From a virus, in IMG/VR virus record IMGVR_UViG_3300045988_078326: 64,000 nucleotides of DNA; one strand, written 5' to 3'. A model generated the notes under the pieces. That model made no database searches. It was not told where the DNA came from and saw nothing but the letters and a program-made list of their open reading frames with translations. This document shows positions 21,218-32,434 of this stretch, piece after piece; position 1 is the first letter of the stretch; every line of letters begins with the position of its first letter. A program made the translations under genes and the position numbers.

Positions 21218-22093
21218 ATGTATCTTCTCCCCTCTGCTCTTATTGACTCTATCTTAAATAAATATACTGAAAGAGTTAATTCTAAGTCTGGATATTATAA
21301 AATTCCATATGAATCGTGGAGACTTCTAAAGAAACTTGCTTCTTCAGATTTAATTTTTGAAGTTGAAACTAAGCTCAAAAACGGAGAAATCCACCTATGT
21401 TTGACTAGCGATTCCCTCCACTACGAGATCCCTGTTACCTACGGTTTTGTAAATGTTATGAAAGAAAGGTTGATTAAGATGACTGATACCAATTCCACTT
21501 ATCCCATGCCTGCGAAGAAGAAAACTGCGCTTAATATGAATTTTGATTTCGGCCCCATCAATGAAGGCGTGGCTATTTCTCCTTACGGCCTTGCTGTCCT
21601 CACCGCAGATTACCGTTGGCTGACCTACAATCCCGCAACCGCGCAGACTGTTGAAGTAACTGGCTTTACTTTTGATTTTAAGGGCATGATTTACAAGATT
21701 CCTGCCACCATTAAAGACGTTTCCGTGGGCGATCTGATTATCCATCAGAAGAAGCCTATGTACGTAACTGAAATTACTGATTCTAATATCGGAGTTGTAG
21801 ATATTATCAATTCTGAGGTAAAGACCGTCATCCCAATTACCAATATGTTCGGCTTTAATTTCATCACCAAGATCGTATCTTTCCTCAATTTTGGTTCTTC
21901 TACTCCCACCGAGGAGCAGCCCTTTGGTAATATTATGCCTATTATCATGGCTAGCATGGTATTCAATGAGGATGAAGATTCTACCTTCGGCAACATGGAT
22001 ATGAGCAAGCTGATGATGATTTCTATGCTGTCCGGCAACTCCAATCCCTTTGGCAATATGTTCAATTTCAACCTCAACACTCAGAATAAGTAA
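21218..22093 (+). CDS. hypothetical protein with C-terminal FGN(I/M) repeats
   Basis: ORF track; C-terminus ...PFGNIMPIIM...STFGNMDMSKLMMISMLSGNSNPFGNMFNFNL. Confidence 0.45.
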   Translation: MYLLPSALIDSILNKYTERVNSKSGYYKIPYESWRLLKKLASSDLIFEVETKLKNGEIHLCLTSDSLHYEIPVTYGFVNVMKERLIKMTDTNSTYPMPAKKKTALNMNFDFGPINEGVAISPYGLAVLTADYRWLTYNPATAQTVEVTGFTFDFKGMIYKIPATIKDVSVGDLIIHQKKPMYVTEITDSNIGVVDIINSEVKTVIPITNMFGFNFITKIVSFLNFGSSTPTEEQPFGNIMPIIMASMVFNEDEDSTFGNMDMSKLMMISMLSGNSNPFGNMFNFNLNTQNK

Positions 22094-22747
22094 TTTAAAG
22101 AGGGTGGCAGAAAGCCATCCTCTTTCTTCTTTTGATTTTTTATATATTTTATAATATAATATACATAAAGAATAAGAAAGGAAGAGGATTGCCAATGACT
22201 GCTATTATTACTTGTTCTATCGAGGATGCAACTTTCGAGAGCCATTTTGCTATTGATAAGGGAACTCCTGAGTATATGATCGCGGATGAGGCATATCGAC
22301 TTGCTATTCTATTCGCACAAACTCAGTTCATCGCAAGATTTGGTCGTCTTATTTCTGGATACGACTTTGGAGAATTTCTCAAAAAGCTTGATTATGATTA
22401 TAAAATCAAGGAGGAAGAGTAATGAAAGATATTTTTGTAGTCTATTCTTGGCCGGAGTATGAAGATACGCCTGAATATAAGTGCGCAGTTTCGTCAGAAT
22501 CAGATGCACAAGAAATGGTTCTTTCCTTCTGGGAGAGTGCTGCATACGACTCTTATCTCTTTTGTTTAGGGATGGGGTATGTCTATTGCATGAATGACTT
22601 TGACGATGATATTTATATAGATGATTTCGGCTACTTTAAAACTTCATTAATTGACAAAGAGCTTCCTTAAGGAAGCTCTTTGTCTTTTGCAAAAATTAAA
22701 AAATAATGATATAATAATTATAGAAAGTGGTTAAGGAGGTTTAAATT

Positions 22748-23230
22748 ATGCCTGTTGCTCCTAGTTTTCAATCCTATAAGCGTATCAGTGAAGAGCCTTT
22801 CATTAAAAATGGTAAGTATTATGTGACTGTAGAACACCCCAATACCAAAAATCATCGAGATGTTCGTTGGTATTCTGAAGCTGAATTCGCCAAAGCATAT
22901 GGTAAGAAAATCGTAGATACTGATAAAGGATATGACGGATTGAAGCACGCAAGAGGCTTTGATAATGGCCCTATCCTTGTAATTCGTGGCAACAAAGCCG
23001 CAGATGAAGATTGGCTGCGGGAATCCGTAGCTCGATATGCCGTAGGGATTGGTTGGTATATCGCTTCGACTGATACTTTCCCTGATGATGCACCTAATCA
23101 TCTGAAGTATCTCTTGCTCGGATGGGACGAATTCCGCGATGGAGATGACCGTCATATGAAGAAGCCTGCGGATTTGTCTACCCTATTGGATAAAAAAGCA
23201 AGAGCGAAAGAGTGGGTGAAAATGAAATGA
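22748..23230 (+). CDS. hypothetical protein
   Basis: ORF track; leader ...ATAATTATAGAAAGTGGTTAAGGAGG. Confidence 0.45.
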   Translation: MPVAPSFQSYKRISEEPFIKNGKYYVTVEHPNTKNHRDVRWYSEAEFAKAYGKKIVDTDKGYDGLKHARGFDNGPILVIRGNKAADEDWLRESVARYAVGIGWYIASTDTFPDDAPNHLKYLLLGWDEFRDGDDRHMKKPADLSTLLDKKARAKEWVKMK

Positions 23231-23865
23231 GTATCCTATTGATTGTTCTTTACGCTCTTATGTCTGCATCGTTCTTCGTTTTGGCTGCTTTAGCCGACGG
23301 AAAGACTGTTAAAGTATTAAACAGTGTCACAGCAGTTTGTTGGTTGGTCAACTGTATTCTTACTATAATCAGAGAATTGGCAATCTAATTACCACATCAG
23401 TTCAAGAAATCGGTTTGCAAAAAACAAAAAAATAAGTTATAATAATTATAGAAAGTGAGAAAGGAGATTTCTTGTAGTGAGCGTTGATTATCGCACCGAA
23501 ATAGTCTACGGAGTTCTTCTTGATAAGAATGAAATTAACATTCTTAATCAAAAGGATGATGAATTTCGGGATACAAATTGTAATTTTATTCACATAGCCG
23601 ACTGTTATACTGATGCTAGCGATATTGTCATCGGTGTTGAAATAGGCGGCGCTATTGAGGAAGGTACAGCTAGAAAGATTGCGCTTCCTGAAATCATTCC
23701 CGAAATGGATAAAGTGGAAAATATTCTCCGTGAACTCGGCGTTACACGAGAATTTGCATGGTATGCAATTCATTGTGTCTCATAGTCCAAGAAATTTTCT
23801 TGACTCTACTCAAAAAATATCATATAATATAAATACAATAAAACAAGAGAGGAATTGATTAATTT

Positions 23866-24306
23866 ATGTCTAACACTGTAAAGAAGCCCACTAAGAAAGC
23901 CAATTATAATGCTATTTTGAGCATTCTGTCCGCCGCTGAAGGCGAGGGTCTCGTTCTCGAGTCCACAGAGATTACCTATGATAGTCTGCGCGAGTTCATT
24001 GAGCATGAGGTTGAGCTCCTTGATAATAAGGCCGCTGCTGCCGCTAAGAGAGCTGCTGCTAAGAAGGTCGAGGGAGATGCTCTTCGCGAGAAGATTTATG
24101 ATGTCCTTACCGATGAGCCTATGACCATTAGTGACATTGTAAAGGCTCTGAACGACGAGGACATTTCTGCTCAGATGGTAACTGCACGTCTGACTCAGCT
24201 CGCTTCTCCTGAGGTTAACCGTGTTGTGAAGGAGACTGTGAGTGTTCCTGCCTCTAGCGAGGGTGGAAAGAGCAAGAAGCTTTCTGCTTACCGCAGAATT
24301 GGCTAA
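23866..24306 (+). CDS. hypothetical Ala/Lys-rich protein
   Basis: ORF track; terminator at 24318-24350. Confidence 0.45.
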   Translation: MSNTVKKPTKKANYNAILSILSAAEGEGLVLESTEITYDSLREFIEHEVELLDNKAAAAAKRAAAKKVEGDALREKIYDVLTDEPMTISDIVKALNDEDISAQMVTARLTQLASPEVNRVVKETVSVPASSEGGKSKKLSAYRRIG

Positions 24307-24855
24307 TTAAAACCTTTAGAAAGGTAGCTACGAAGAGTAGCTACCTTTCTTTTTATCCACATTTTAGTACAAATTGCAAAGCCAGAGGGCCCTCCTGGGA
24401 AATTCATAATGTGACATACCGCACATAATATAATAACAATAGCAATAATAATCAGAAACATAGGTCAAACTCCTTTAACTTTTATTATATATTTATTATA
24501 ACAAAGCAAAAGCACAATGTCAATTTGGCATTTTCTTCTCAAGATTGACGGGTTATTTATTATATGCTATAATAAATATATAATAAAGGAGGGTTGTTCA
24601 ATGATATTTAGTTTAAATTATCATTCCGACAATAAGAAAAAAGCTGGAGAGATTAGATGCCCTTATAATCAACTAGGAACTATTATTAAATTTATTAAAG
24701 AAAATCCAACAAAGAGATATAATATTATAATTCCAGATGATTTAGTTCAAATAGAATTAACAAGATTAATTGAACAAGTAGATATAGTAAAATCAATAGC
24801 ATAGGATTACACAATTCAATGCGGAAATATCTTACAATTACAAGACTTAAAAAAT

Positions 24856-25374
24856 ATGGGATATAATAGATATTTGCGTTTCCCTGTTACTGATTGGGAA
24901 ACTTTTCAGGAATTGCGGGAAGCCGAGGTTAGTGACATCTATATAGATGGACCACTAGGGTTTCAAATGGATCTATTAGAGAAATATAAAGGAGATATAA
25001 AGATTAGGGTATCACCCACTATTTCTCCTAATGCCTCACTGTCCGCAGAAAGAAAACCAACGAGCTTCTTTATTCGCCCAGAAGATCTTAGCCTCTATTC
25101 TGCTATTGATGTAATAGATTTTAGTCAACCATCTAAAGACAAGGAAGATACATTATTTAGTATCTATACTAGAGGTTCTTTTAATTATGATATAAATCTT
25201 CTTATTGATGGATTACCTTCAAGAAATAATCTATTATTTAAGGAAGAATTTGGAAAAACTCGTTTAAACTGTAAACAAAAATGTAATATCCCAGGTCATC
25301 ACTGTCACTACTGCGATACTTATTTCTCTGTTGCTTCTCGTCTAAACGAATTAGCTCAACTTAGTAAAAAGTAA
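24856..25374 (+). CDS. hypothetical protein
   Basis: ORF track. Confidence 0.4.
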   Translation: MGYNRYLRFPVTDWETFQELREAEVSDIYIDGPLGFQMDLLEKYKGDIKIRVSPTISPNASLSAERKPTSFFIRPEDLSLYSAIDVIDFSQPSKDKEDTLFSIYTRGSFNYDINLLIDGLPSRNNLLFKEEFGKTRLNCKQKCNIPGHHCHYCDTYFSVASRLNELAQLSKK

Positions 25375-25441
25375 AATTAGATTTTATTATTTTTATATAT
25401 TATAATATAATTATAAAGATAATAAAAGGAGTGTTTCTAAA

Positions 25442-26155
25442 ATGAAATGGTCAGAAATTCTCCCTCAAGACGCGTTGAATTTAAGTGTTCAACTTGAAAA
25501 TTATGCTTTGGAAGAGCGTTCAAGAGGGAAAGTTTTATTTCCAGAGTAGGATAAAATTTTTCGAGCACTTAATCTCACGCGCCCTGAAGATGTAAAAGTT
25601 TGTATCGTTGGGCAAGATCCATATCATACTCCAGGCGCAGCCAACGGTCTGGCATTTTCTATTTCTGATGGAAGTCCAATTCAACCTTCTTTAAGAAATA
25701 TTTTTAGCGAGCTTAATAGCGACTTAGGGTTACCAATCCCGCAGTCAGGAGATTTAACGCCCTGGGCTGAACGAGGAGTGTTACTCATTAATGCGAGTCT
25801 AACCGTTTATGAACATCAAGCTAATAGTTGCGTTAATTGGGGATGGAATAAGTTCACAACAGCAATATTAAAGGCTGCTACCCAATTACCGCAGCCTATT
25901 GTTTTTATGCTATGGGGAGCTAATGCTCAGAATTTATTGAAGGATTTAAATTCTAGCCCTATGGTATGGGATGGTCCGGGAATAGCAAGAGAGAATTTAA
26001 TCAAGAAAGCTTATATTTTATCCTCCCATCCAAGTCCCTTTAGTGTAAGTAAGCCATGTAAGGGAACTCCCTCGTTTAAAGGTAGTAAACCATTTTCAAC
26101 AGCGAATAGTTTATTGCTTTCAATGGGAGGAGAACCTGTTGATTGGACTCTGTAA
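25442..26155 (+). CDS. ung: uracil-DNA glycosylase (family 1), one in-frame TAG
   Basis: ...LFPE(TAG)DKIFRALNLTRPEDVKVCIVGQDPYHTPGAANGLAFS...FMLWGANAQ...SSHPSPFS; the TAG aligns with the Gln of E. coli Ung ...IYPPQKDVFNAF...VKVVILGQDPYH. Confidence 0.7.
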
Positions 26156-26176
26156 GATGGGAGATAAAGCATATAG

Positions 26177-27481
26177 ATGATAGATTTAAGAGAATTAAAA
26201 AGTGATTTTGAATCTATACTTGTTCATTCTCAGGATTATCCTTTTTACTTAAACTCGGAGAATTTGATTTCTCAATGGTTAGAGGCTAAGAGGGATATAA
26301 TCAACCTTTTTGGTGGAGAGCTAGTATTAAGGAGTAAAGAACCAGTTAAGATTTTCTTAACAGAAGAACAGAGGGATAAAAGATTTGAAGAGTTTTTACA
26401 GGCTCTTGATGAAAATGGGATTCTAACGGAGGAATTTGAATTATTTTTGCGCGTTAATAAAGATGGATTCTTTGATAATAAAGTTATGTTACCTTATCCA
26501 TCTTTTAATATTCCGTTAGGGTCAAAGCTTTCAAAATCTTTCAAGAAGTTCCTTAATAGTAATGAGATTGTCAGATGGGCACAAGATATAGCGTCAAGAT
26601 ATATTCAAGAGAATAAAATAGAAGGATATTTATATTTATCTGTTCATCCTATTGATTTTCTTACTATATCAGAGAATAATGAAAATTGGTGGTCATGTCA
26701 ATCTTTAGATGGAGATTATAGAAGTGGAAATTTAAGTTATTTAGTAGATAAGACTACAATAGTAGCATATCTATCAAATGGGAAACGAGAATATTTAAAA
26801 TGTTTACCAAAAGGAATGACATGGAATAGCAAAAAATGGAGAATGTTAGTCCATACAGATGGAGAAAGAAATATCTACTACAATAGACAATATCCATATG
26901 AATCTAGAGATTTATTATCTAGTGTCCATAGTATGTTAGTTTCATTAATAAAAAATGAAATGACTGAACCGATTGACTATGGCTTTAAAGTAATCCAATC
27001 TCAATGGAGTAGCGGGATGCTTACATATAATCAGATCAACGCGGGTGGACGCACTTTTGATGCTAGAGACGTGATTGATACAAGTGACTATCTTGGCTAT
27101 TCTGATTTAATTATCTCTAGTACATATGCTCCGATTATATCAGTAAATGATGACAAATTTCATGAATATGCTGAAAGTATAGACAAGGGTAAAGAAGTTG
27201 AGGAAATGTTCTTCAATCACGCTTTTGAAATTAAAATTGGAGAGCGGCCAATCTGTCCATGCTGTGGAACTGAACATATTAAACGTGAAGATTCATTTCT
27301 TTGTGACTATTGTATTTCAGAAAAAGAGGCAGATGAAGATTTCTTTTTGACTTGTGATAGTTGTTATCGTAGAATATATGATGAAGATGAAATTTATTGG
27401 ATGGATGGTAGACCATATTGTAAAAAGTGCCATAATCTAATGCAACAAGAGGATAGATTAATCGAGGAGGACGATGAATAA
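26177..27481 (+). CDS. hypothetical 434-aa protein with C-terminal Cys-rich zinc-binding region
   Basis: ORF track; CPCCGTEH...CDYC...CDSC...CKKCH. Confidence 0.45.
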   Translation: MIDLRELKSDFESILVHSQDYPFYLNSENLISQWLEAKRDIINLFGGELVLRSKEPVKIFLTEEQRDKRFEEFLQALDENGILTEEFELFLRVNKDGFFDNKVMLPYPSFNIPLGSKLSKSFKKFLNSNEIVRWAQDIASRYIQENKIEGYLYLSVHPIDFLTISENNENWWSCQSLDGDYRSGNLSYLVDKTTIVAYLSNGKREYLKCLPKGMTWNSKKWRMLVHTDGERNIYYNRQYPYESRDLLSSVHSMLVSLIKNEMTEPIDYGFKVIQSQWSSGMLTYNQINAGGRTFDARDVIDTSDYLGYSDLIISSTYAPIISVNDDKFHEYAESIDKGKEVEEMFFNHAFEIKIGERPICPCCGTEHIKREDSFLCDYCISEKEADEDFFLTCDSCYRRIYDEDEIYWMDGRPYCKKCHNLMQQEDRLIEEDDE

Positions 27482-27789
27482 TGGCTAAACGTGGAGATGC
27501 AGCTCGTCAAAATGTAATGGATACAATTTGCAAGGCTTTTGGAGAAGACTTTGTTGGAATTCAAGATAAAAAAATCTATGTGTGGGCACAAGATGGCGTA
27601 AATGGAGAGAAAATTCAATTTGCGGTTTCTATTACTATGCCAAAGACACCGATTGCGGGTGGTGGAGATAATGCGCCCTCTACATCAAGCTCAGGAGGGG
27701 CACCAGCAACTGAGTTTACTCCTACTGAGTTAGCTCCTGAAGATAAGGCCAAGATCGAAGAGCTAAAAAGAAAATTAAATATTATTTAA
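27481..27789 (+). CDS. hypothetical protein
   Basis: ORF track; overlaps previous stop (ATAATGG). Confidence 0.4.
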   Translation: MAKRGDAARQNVMDTICKAFGEDFVGIQDKKIYVWAQDGVNGEKIQFAVSITMPKTPIAGGGDNAPSTSSSGGAPATEFTPTELAPEDKAKIEELKRKLNII

Positions 27790-27865
27790 CTGGTCACTTT
27801 TGATTATATCTGTTTTAATAATTTTTATATTTATTGAAACGATATATGATAAAGGAGAGAATTTT

Positions 27866-28813
27866 ATGGCACCATTAAAAGATTTAATGGGATAGCGTTT
27901 TGGAAAATTGTTGGTTATTAAAAGAGTAGAGAACACTAAAGCTAATAAAGCATAGTGGCTTTGTAAATGCGACTGCGGAAATGAAGTTATAACTATAACA
28001 AATTAGTTGACAAGTGGAGCAAAAACTTCTTGTCCAAAATGTTCTAGGACTTTATACAGGAAAGATTTAACTGGACAAAAATTTGGAAGATTAACTGTAT
28101 TAGGTTATGACTAGGAATATACAGACTCGTGGAAACAAACGCATACTGGGACTGCCGTATTTTGGAAATGCTAGTGTGATTGTGGAAATATAACCTATGC
28201 AAAAACCGCAGAATTAAATAACGGAGCTAAAAAATCTTGCGGATGTCTACAAAAAGAAATATCAGGCTAGATTATGAAAGAAATAGTTTAGCCTATAGGA
28301 GTTGAAACGCGCTTAGCTCAAGGGGATCTTACTGGATAGCGTTTTGGTAGATTAACTGCTCTAAAACGATCAGAAGATGATCACAGATATTGGATTTGTA
28401 AATGTGACTGTGGTAATATAAAAACAGTATCCCGTAGTGCTCTGATGAATCATGATACGCAGAGTTGCGGATGTATTGGAAATTCTCGCGGAGAGACTAA
28501 GATAGCAGAAATTTTAACTTAGTATGATATACCTTTTATAAGAGAATATAAATTTAAAGATTTAAAAGATAAATCTTATTTAAGATATGATTTTGCTATT
28601 TTCAAAAATGAAAGACTTATAGGGTTAATTGAATATGACGGTAGGCAACATTTTGATACAAGTAGTTAGTGGTATAGTGAGGATAACTTAAAAAGAGATT
28701 CTTTAAAAACTGAGTATGCTAAAGAGCATAATATACCTTTGTTAAGAATCGCCTATACAGATTACGAAAAAATTCAAGAAATTATTGAAAGATTTTTGGG
28801 TATGGGTAATTAA
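27866..28813 (+). CDS. homing-endonuclease-like protein (duplicated LTGQ(K/R)FG(R/K)LT...CDCGN zinc-finger modules plus C-terminal DUF559/Vsr-like nuclease motif EYDGRQHF), about 11 in-frame TAG
   Basis: Hand translation with TAG as sense is continuous from ATG 27866 to TAA 28811-28813; not visible in the ORF track. Confidence 0.5.
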
Positions 28814-28960
28814 ATTATTCAGTATAAAGTTTAATAATAGTACACTTCCCTCACTAAAGAGAGGCGTAAAGAAAAGACTTTAGATTTTACGCCTCTCTTG
28901 AAAATTAAAAAAAATTATTATATAATATATATAGAAAGTTAAGGAAAGGAAGTTCTGAGT

Positions 28961-29851
28961 TTGAAGATTTATCTCGACCTGGAAGCTAATTGCACCACCA
29001 ATGAAGCAATTTCTATTGGTATGGTAACAGAGAATGGAGATACATTTTATAGTCTCATTCGTCCGCATACGAAACTTGACCATAATATAAAGGTTTTGAC
29101 AGGAGTTTCTCAGGAAGATGCAGACCAGGCTCCTAGTCTTGAAGAAGCAATGTTAGGAGTTAGAGAGTTCCTTTCCTTTCTTGATGAAGAAAATACTTTC
29201 TATCACTACGGCAAGAGTGATAGGGGTTTTCTTAGAGCTTCTATGGGCTTTACGACTGATATGAAAGCTCTTACTACTCTGCAATACATTCACAATAGAT
29301 GTGAAAATGTTGACAAAAGGGTGGCGTCTCATTTTCGCAGGGATGCGATTGGTCTTAGGTCTGCGTATCTGACCATGAAACTTTCTTCTGAGGATCCAAT
29401 TCAGAATCATAATGCTTTAGAAGATGCCTGGATGTTGAAGTACGTTTGGGAAAACATTGATGAATATACTCTTCCTGATGGGATTGAGCCGGTAAAAGTG
29501 CCTAAGGTCAAGATGTCTTATGGTAAAAGCAAGGCTAATCCTGCAAGTCCGGAAGAGCTGATGTATCGCAGACTGACGGCGAAACAGCCGCGTTCCCGCA
29601 GAAATGAAGCGATTAGGAATTGTCCTGCTATTGATGACGATAAGTATAAGATTGCGGGAGTGGCGATTAAGGGTGAGCGTGAAATTCCCTTTAAAGAGAT
29701 TTATGAAGTAAAAGGGTTCGTTCATGTGGGCAGATTTAAAACTGCGGCCCAGGTTCTTCATGCTCTTGATGTTATTTACGCGGCCATGGAGACCGGTAAA
29801 GGTAATCCAGATACCAAAGGCTGGATTTTTAAGAAAGTTGAAAAACAATAA
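28961..29851 (+). CDS. second DEDDh-family 3'-5' exonuclease
   Basis: IYLDLEAN (D-x-E) ... HNALEDAWML (H-x4-D). Confidence 0.5.
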   Translation: MKIYLDLEANCTTNEAISIGMVTENGDTFYSLIRPHTKLDHNIKVLTGVSQEDADQAPSLEEAMLGVREFLSFLDEENTFYHYGKSDRGFLRASMGFTTDMKALTTLQYIHNRCENVDKRVASHFRRDAIGLRSAYLTMKLSSEDPIQNHNALEDAWMLKYVWENIDEYTLPDGIEPVKVPKVKMSYGKSKANPASPEELMYRRLTAKQPRSRRNEAIRNCPAIDDDKYKIAGVAIKGEREIPFKEIYEVKGFVHVGRFKTAAQVLHALDVIYAAMETGKGNPDTKGWIFKKVEKQ

Positions 29852-29936
29852 AAAATATTGTATAATATTTATGTGAGTTGTTCTGTTGCAGCAGAACTTA
29901 TAAGCCGCAAGTGAGGGCTTTATACTCACTTTTATA

Positions 29937-30032
29937 TCCCGCGGTAGCTCAACGGTAGAGCAGCCGGCTTATACCCGGTATTAGCGCCAGATTAGCGTGA
30001 GGTTTGGGGTTCGAATCCCTGGCGCGGGACCA
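29937..30032 (+). tRNA. tRNA, atypical: anticodon UAU by my fold, long irregular variable region
   Basis: Acceptor TCCCGCG/CGCGGGA, D-arm GCTC...GAGC, anticodon stem GCCGG/CCGGT loop CTTATAC, T-arm GGGGTTCGAATCCCTG, CCA encoded. Confidence 0.45.
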
Positions 30033-30094
30033 TAGGCGTAACGCTGCACGCCCTCGAAAGAGGTATCACAGAAGGCACATATAGCAAAGTTATT

Positions 30095-30168
30095 TTCCGA
30101 ATAGTCTAATGGTTGGACGTTTTAATTGAAATAAAAAGTTATGGGTTCGAATCCCATTTTGGAAGCCA
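30095..30168 (+). tRNA. tRNA with anticodon UGA (Ser-type) but short variable arm and AT-only anticodon stem, atypical
   Basis: Acceptor TTCCGAA/TTTGGAA, anticodon stem TTTTA/TAAAA loop ATTGAAA, T-arm ATGGGTTCGAATCCCAT, GCCA end. Confidence 0.45.
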
Positions 30169-30240
30169 TCTAGTGCCTTGAAATTATTTGAAAAACTTTT
30201 ATAAATATGATATAATATTTATAGAAAGTGAGAGAGGAAG

Positions 30241-30456
30241 TTGTTTATGGATAAGAAATTATATCTGGCGCAACTCGCCGCTAAGGCTATGTCCTGTTAC
30301 AGCGATGAAGATGTAGTTTGTGATAGCCTTTGGCTTATGAATGGCGGCATTGGTGGGCCAGAGGAACAGTGGGAAAACTTTCTCAAGGTTTTTAAGGATA
30401 CCTTTGGTATTTCCTATGATGAAGCTAAACAACTGAATCTTTTTGAAAAACAATAA
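30241..30456 (+). CDS. hypothetical protein
   Basis: ORF track; conserved leader; ends ...NLFEKQ immediately before a repeated GAAAAACAATAAAAAATATTGTATAATATTTAT element. Confidence 0.4.
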   Translation: MFMDKKLYLAQLAAKAMSCYSDEDVVCDSLWLMNGGIGGPEEQWENFLKVFKDTFGISYDEAKQLNLFEKQ

Positions 30457-30654
30457 AAAATATGTTATAATATTTATATAAGGCAGATACAGCAAATTAT
30501 TTACAAATAAAACGCTTATTTTGGTTTAAGAAAGTTTATTTATTCTGCCTTGAGCTTGGGTCGGTAGCTCAGAAAAATTTTTGGGTAAAGTGAGCTAAAG
30601 ATAATTCACTAATTCACTAATTCTTATATATTATATAAAGGAGAGTGAATTGTT

Positions 30655-31176
30655 ATGCCGACAGCGTTGGATTTAACTGGACAAAAATTTGGAGCATTAA
30701 CAGCAGTTTCAAAAGCTCCAAGTAGAAGTGGTAAAACATATTGGCTATGTAGATGTGAATGTGGGAACGAGAAAGAAGTTTAGACAGGTCATTTAACTTC
30801 TGGAGCTATTTAGAGCTGCGGATGTAAGTAGCATTTAAAGAAAAATAGTGGAAAAAATGTAGTTAATTTTAGAAAACGAATTAAGCTAGCATTGGTGGAA
30901 GGTTTTTCTCATAAATGCTCTTACTGCGGATTGCGGGATGCACCTCAGTTATACGACTTTCATCACGTTGACCCATCTACAAAAAGTTTTGGTATCGCAA
31001 ATTCTTCTACTACAAGAAGTAAATAGGCTTATGCAGATGAAGCAAAAAAGTGTATAATGCTATGTGCTAATTGTCACAGAAGAATTGAAAATGGTCTAAT
31101 TTCTTTAGATGATTTTACGCCAATCTTATTTGATGAAGAGAAGTATTTCAAAACTCTTGAGGATTTGATTTCATAA
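30655..31176 (+). CDS. HNH endonuclease, 4 in-frame TAG
   Basis: MPTALDLTGQKFGALTAV...YWLCRCECGN... then ...CANCHRRIENG (HNH motif); continuous only if TAG is sense. Confidence 0.55.
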
Positions 31177-31186
31177 TCCTCAATAT

Positions 31187-31260
31187 GGATCGCTAGTTCA
31201 TCGGTAGAACGCAAGGCTGTTAACCTTGATAGCATGGTTCAACTCCATGGCGATCCGCCA
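31187..31260 (+). tRNA. tRNA-Asn (GUU)
   Basis: Acceptor GGATCGC/GCGATCC, anticodon loop CTGTTAA, T-arm ATGGTTCAACTCCAT, CCA. Confidence 0.8.
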
Positions 31261-31386
31261 GAGTCAAGTTTGTGAGTAGCGTCGTGACTTTAACCCTAAA
31301 CTCTCAATTCGTCCACTGCGAAGGAAAATAAAAGGCTGGCCCAATAGAGCGACGGGTGGTTCTGAAACAAATAGTTGCTCTTTTAT

Positions 31387-31463
31387 GTTCTCGTGGCGCA
31401 ATAGGCAGACGCGCGTGGCTTAGAACCACGATGTTGCGAGTTCGACTCTCGCCGAGAACACCA
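31387..31463 (+). tRNA. type-I tRNA-like with anticodon UAG (a Leu anticodon, but short variable arm), anomalous
   Basis: Acceptor GTTCTCG/CGAGAAC, anticodon stem CGTGG/CCACG loop CTTAGAA, variable ATGTT, T-arm GCGAGTTCGACTCTCGC, ACCA. Confidence 0.55.
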
Positions 31464-31562
31464 AAGAAGAGTCGCGAAAGGATCTGTCCAGAAAAAATTT
31501 GTATCACAAGAACTTTCGGTGTAGCTCAGTTTAACCGTCTGGCCGGCTCTTCTATTTATATG

Positions 31563-31648
31563 CACCTGTGGTGGAATTGGCAGACACGACAGCTTGAGGG
31601 GCTGTTATTCGAAAGAGTGTGCAGGTTCGAGTCCTGTCAGGTGCACCA
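31563..31648 (+). tRNA. tRNA-Leu (GAG), type II
   Basis: Acceptor GCACCTG/CAGGTGC, anticodon stem ACAGC/GCTGT loop TTGAGGG, long variable arm, T-arm GCAGGTTCGAGTCCTGT. Confidence 0.75.
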
Positions 31649-31752
31649 TGGTTTCTACTGATTTTCCATGACCAATAAGTCAGAAGTGTGATATATGCGA
31701 ACGACGAGGCGCAAAGCGCACGGGGTGCGTACGACCCTTCCTCGCCTTATTT

Positions 31753-31828
31753 GGTGGCGTAGTTCAGTAGGCTAGAACGTCGGCCTGTCACGCCGAAGGT
31801 CACGGGTTCAAACCCCGTCGTCATCGCC
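31753..31828 (+). tRNA. tRNA-Asp (GUC)
   Basis: Anticodon stem TCGGC/GCCGA loop CTGTCAC; T-arm ACGGGTTCAAACCCCGT; GCCA. Confidence 0.8.
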
Positions 31829-32042
31829 AATTTGAAAAACAATAAAAAATATTGTATAATATTTATACAAGGTTGAGAAAGAACAAGGTATCGCAAGTCG
31901 TATATAGGCAGCGATAGCGCGCAAGTGAACCAGCAATGCGGTGTCCCTTCGGGTTGATGCCTGGCACATTGGACTGTAGTAGCCGATAAATTAGAGCGTA
32001 GTTCTCCTTGATTGACACGACCAATCATCTTAACTATAGTAT

Positions 32043-32118
32043 GGGGCATTAGCTCAGTTGGGAGAGCGCCTGCCTTGCAAGCAGGAGGTCACGAGTTCGA
32101 CCCTCGTATGTTCCACCA
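32043..32118 (+). tRNA. tRNA-Ala (UGC)
   Basis: GGGGCATTAGCTCAGTTGGGAGAGCGCCTGCCTTGCAAGCAGGAGGTC...; G3:U70 present. Confidence 0.85.
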
Positions 32119-32327
32119 TAGGTATCTACTAACAATTATACATATGATACCATCTAATGATTACAGGTTTTTATTGATTTCATTGCCATAAAACAATAGG
32201 GCATTACCTATTTCCGCCCTCAATAGAAATAGGTGGTTTTCAGTGACGCCGCTGTTCACCAACTGGAAGAAAAGTTAGTATCTTAATAAAGTAGATGATA
32301 GAGATAAGATACTAAAAGTGCGTACTT

Positions 32328-32402
32328 GGCCCGGTAGTCAAGTGGTAAAGACGCTGGCCTTTCACGCCAGAAGCACGGGTTCGAATCCCGTCCGGGTCAC
32401 CA
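32328..32402 (+). tRNA. tRNA-Glu (UUC)
   Basis: Anticodon stem CTGGC/GCCAG loop CTTTCAC; T-arm CACGGGTTCGAATCCCGTC. Confidence 0.8.
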
Positions 32403-32434
32403 TAAATCAATAGGAAAAGGAGATAAATCTTATT

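Noticed and set aside
21395-22195. 266-aa minus-strand ORF
   Set aside because: Antisense shadow of the 291-aa plus-strand gene that has the conserved leader/RBS; no RBS of its own.
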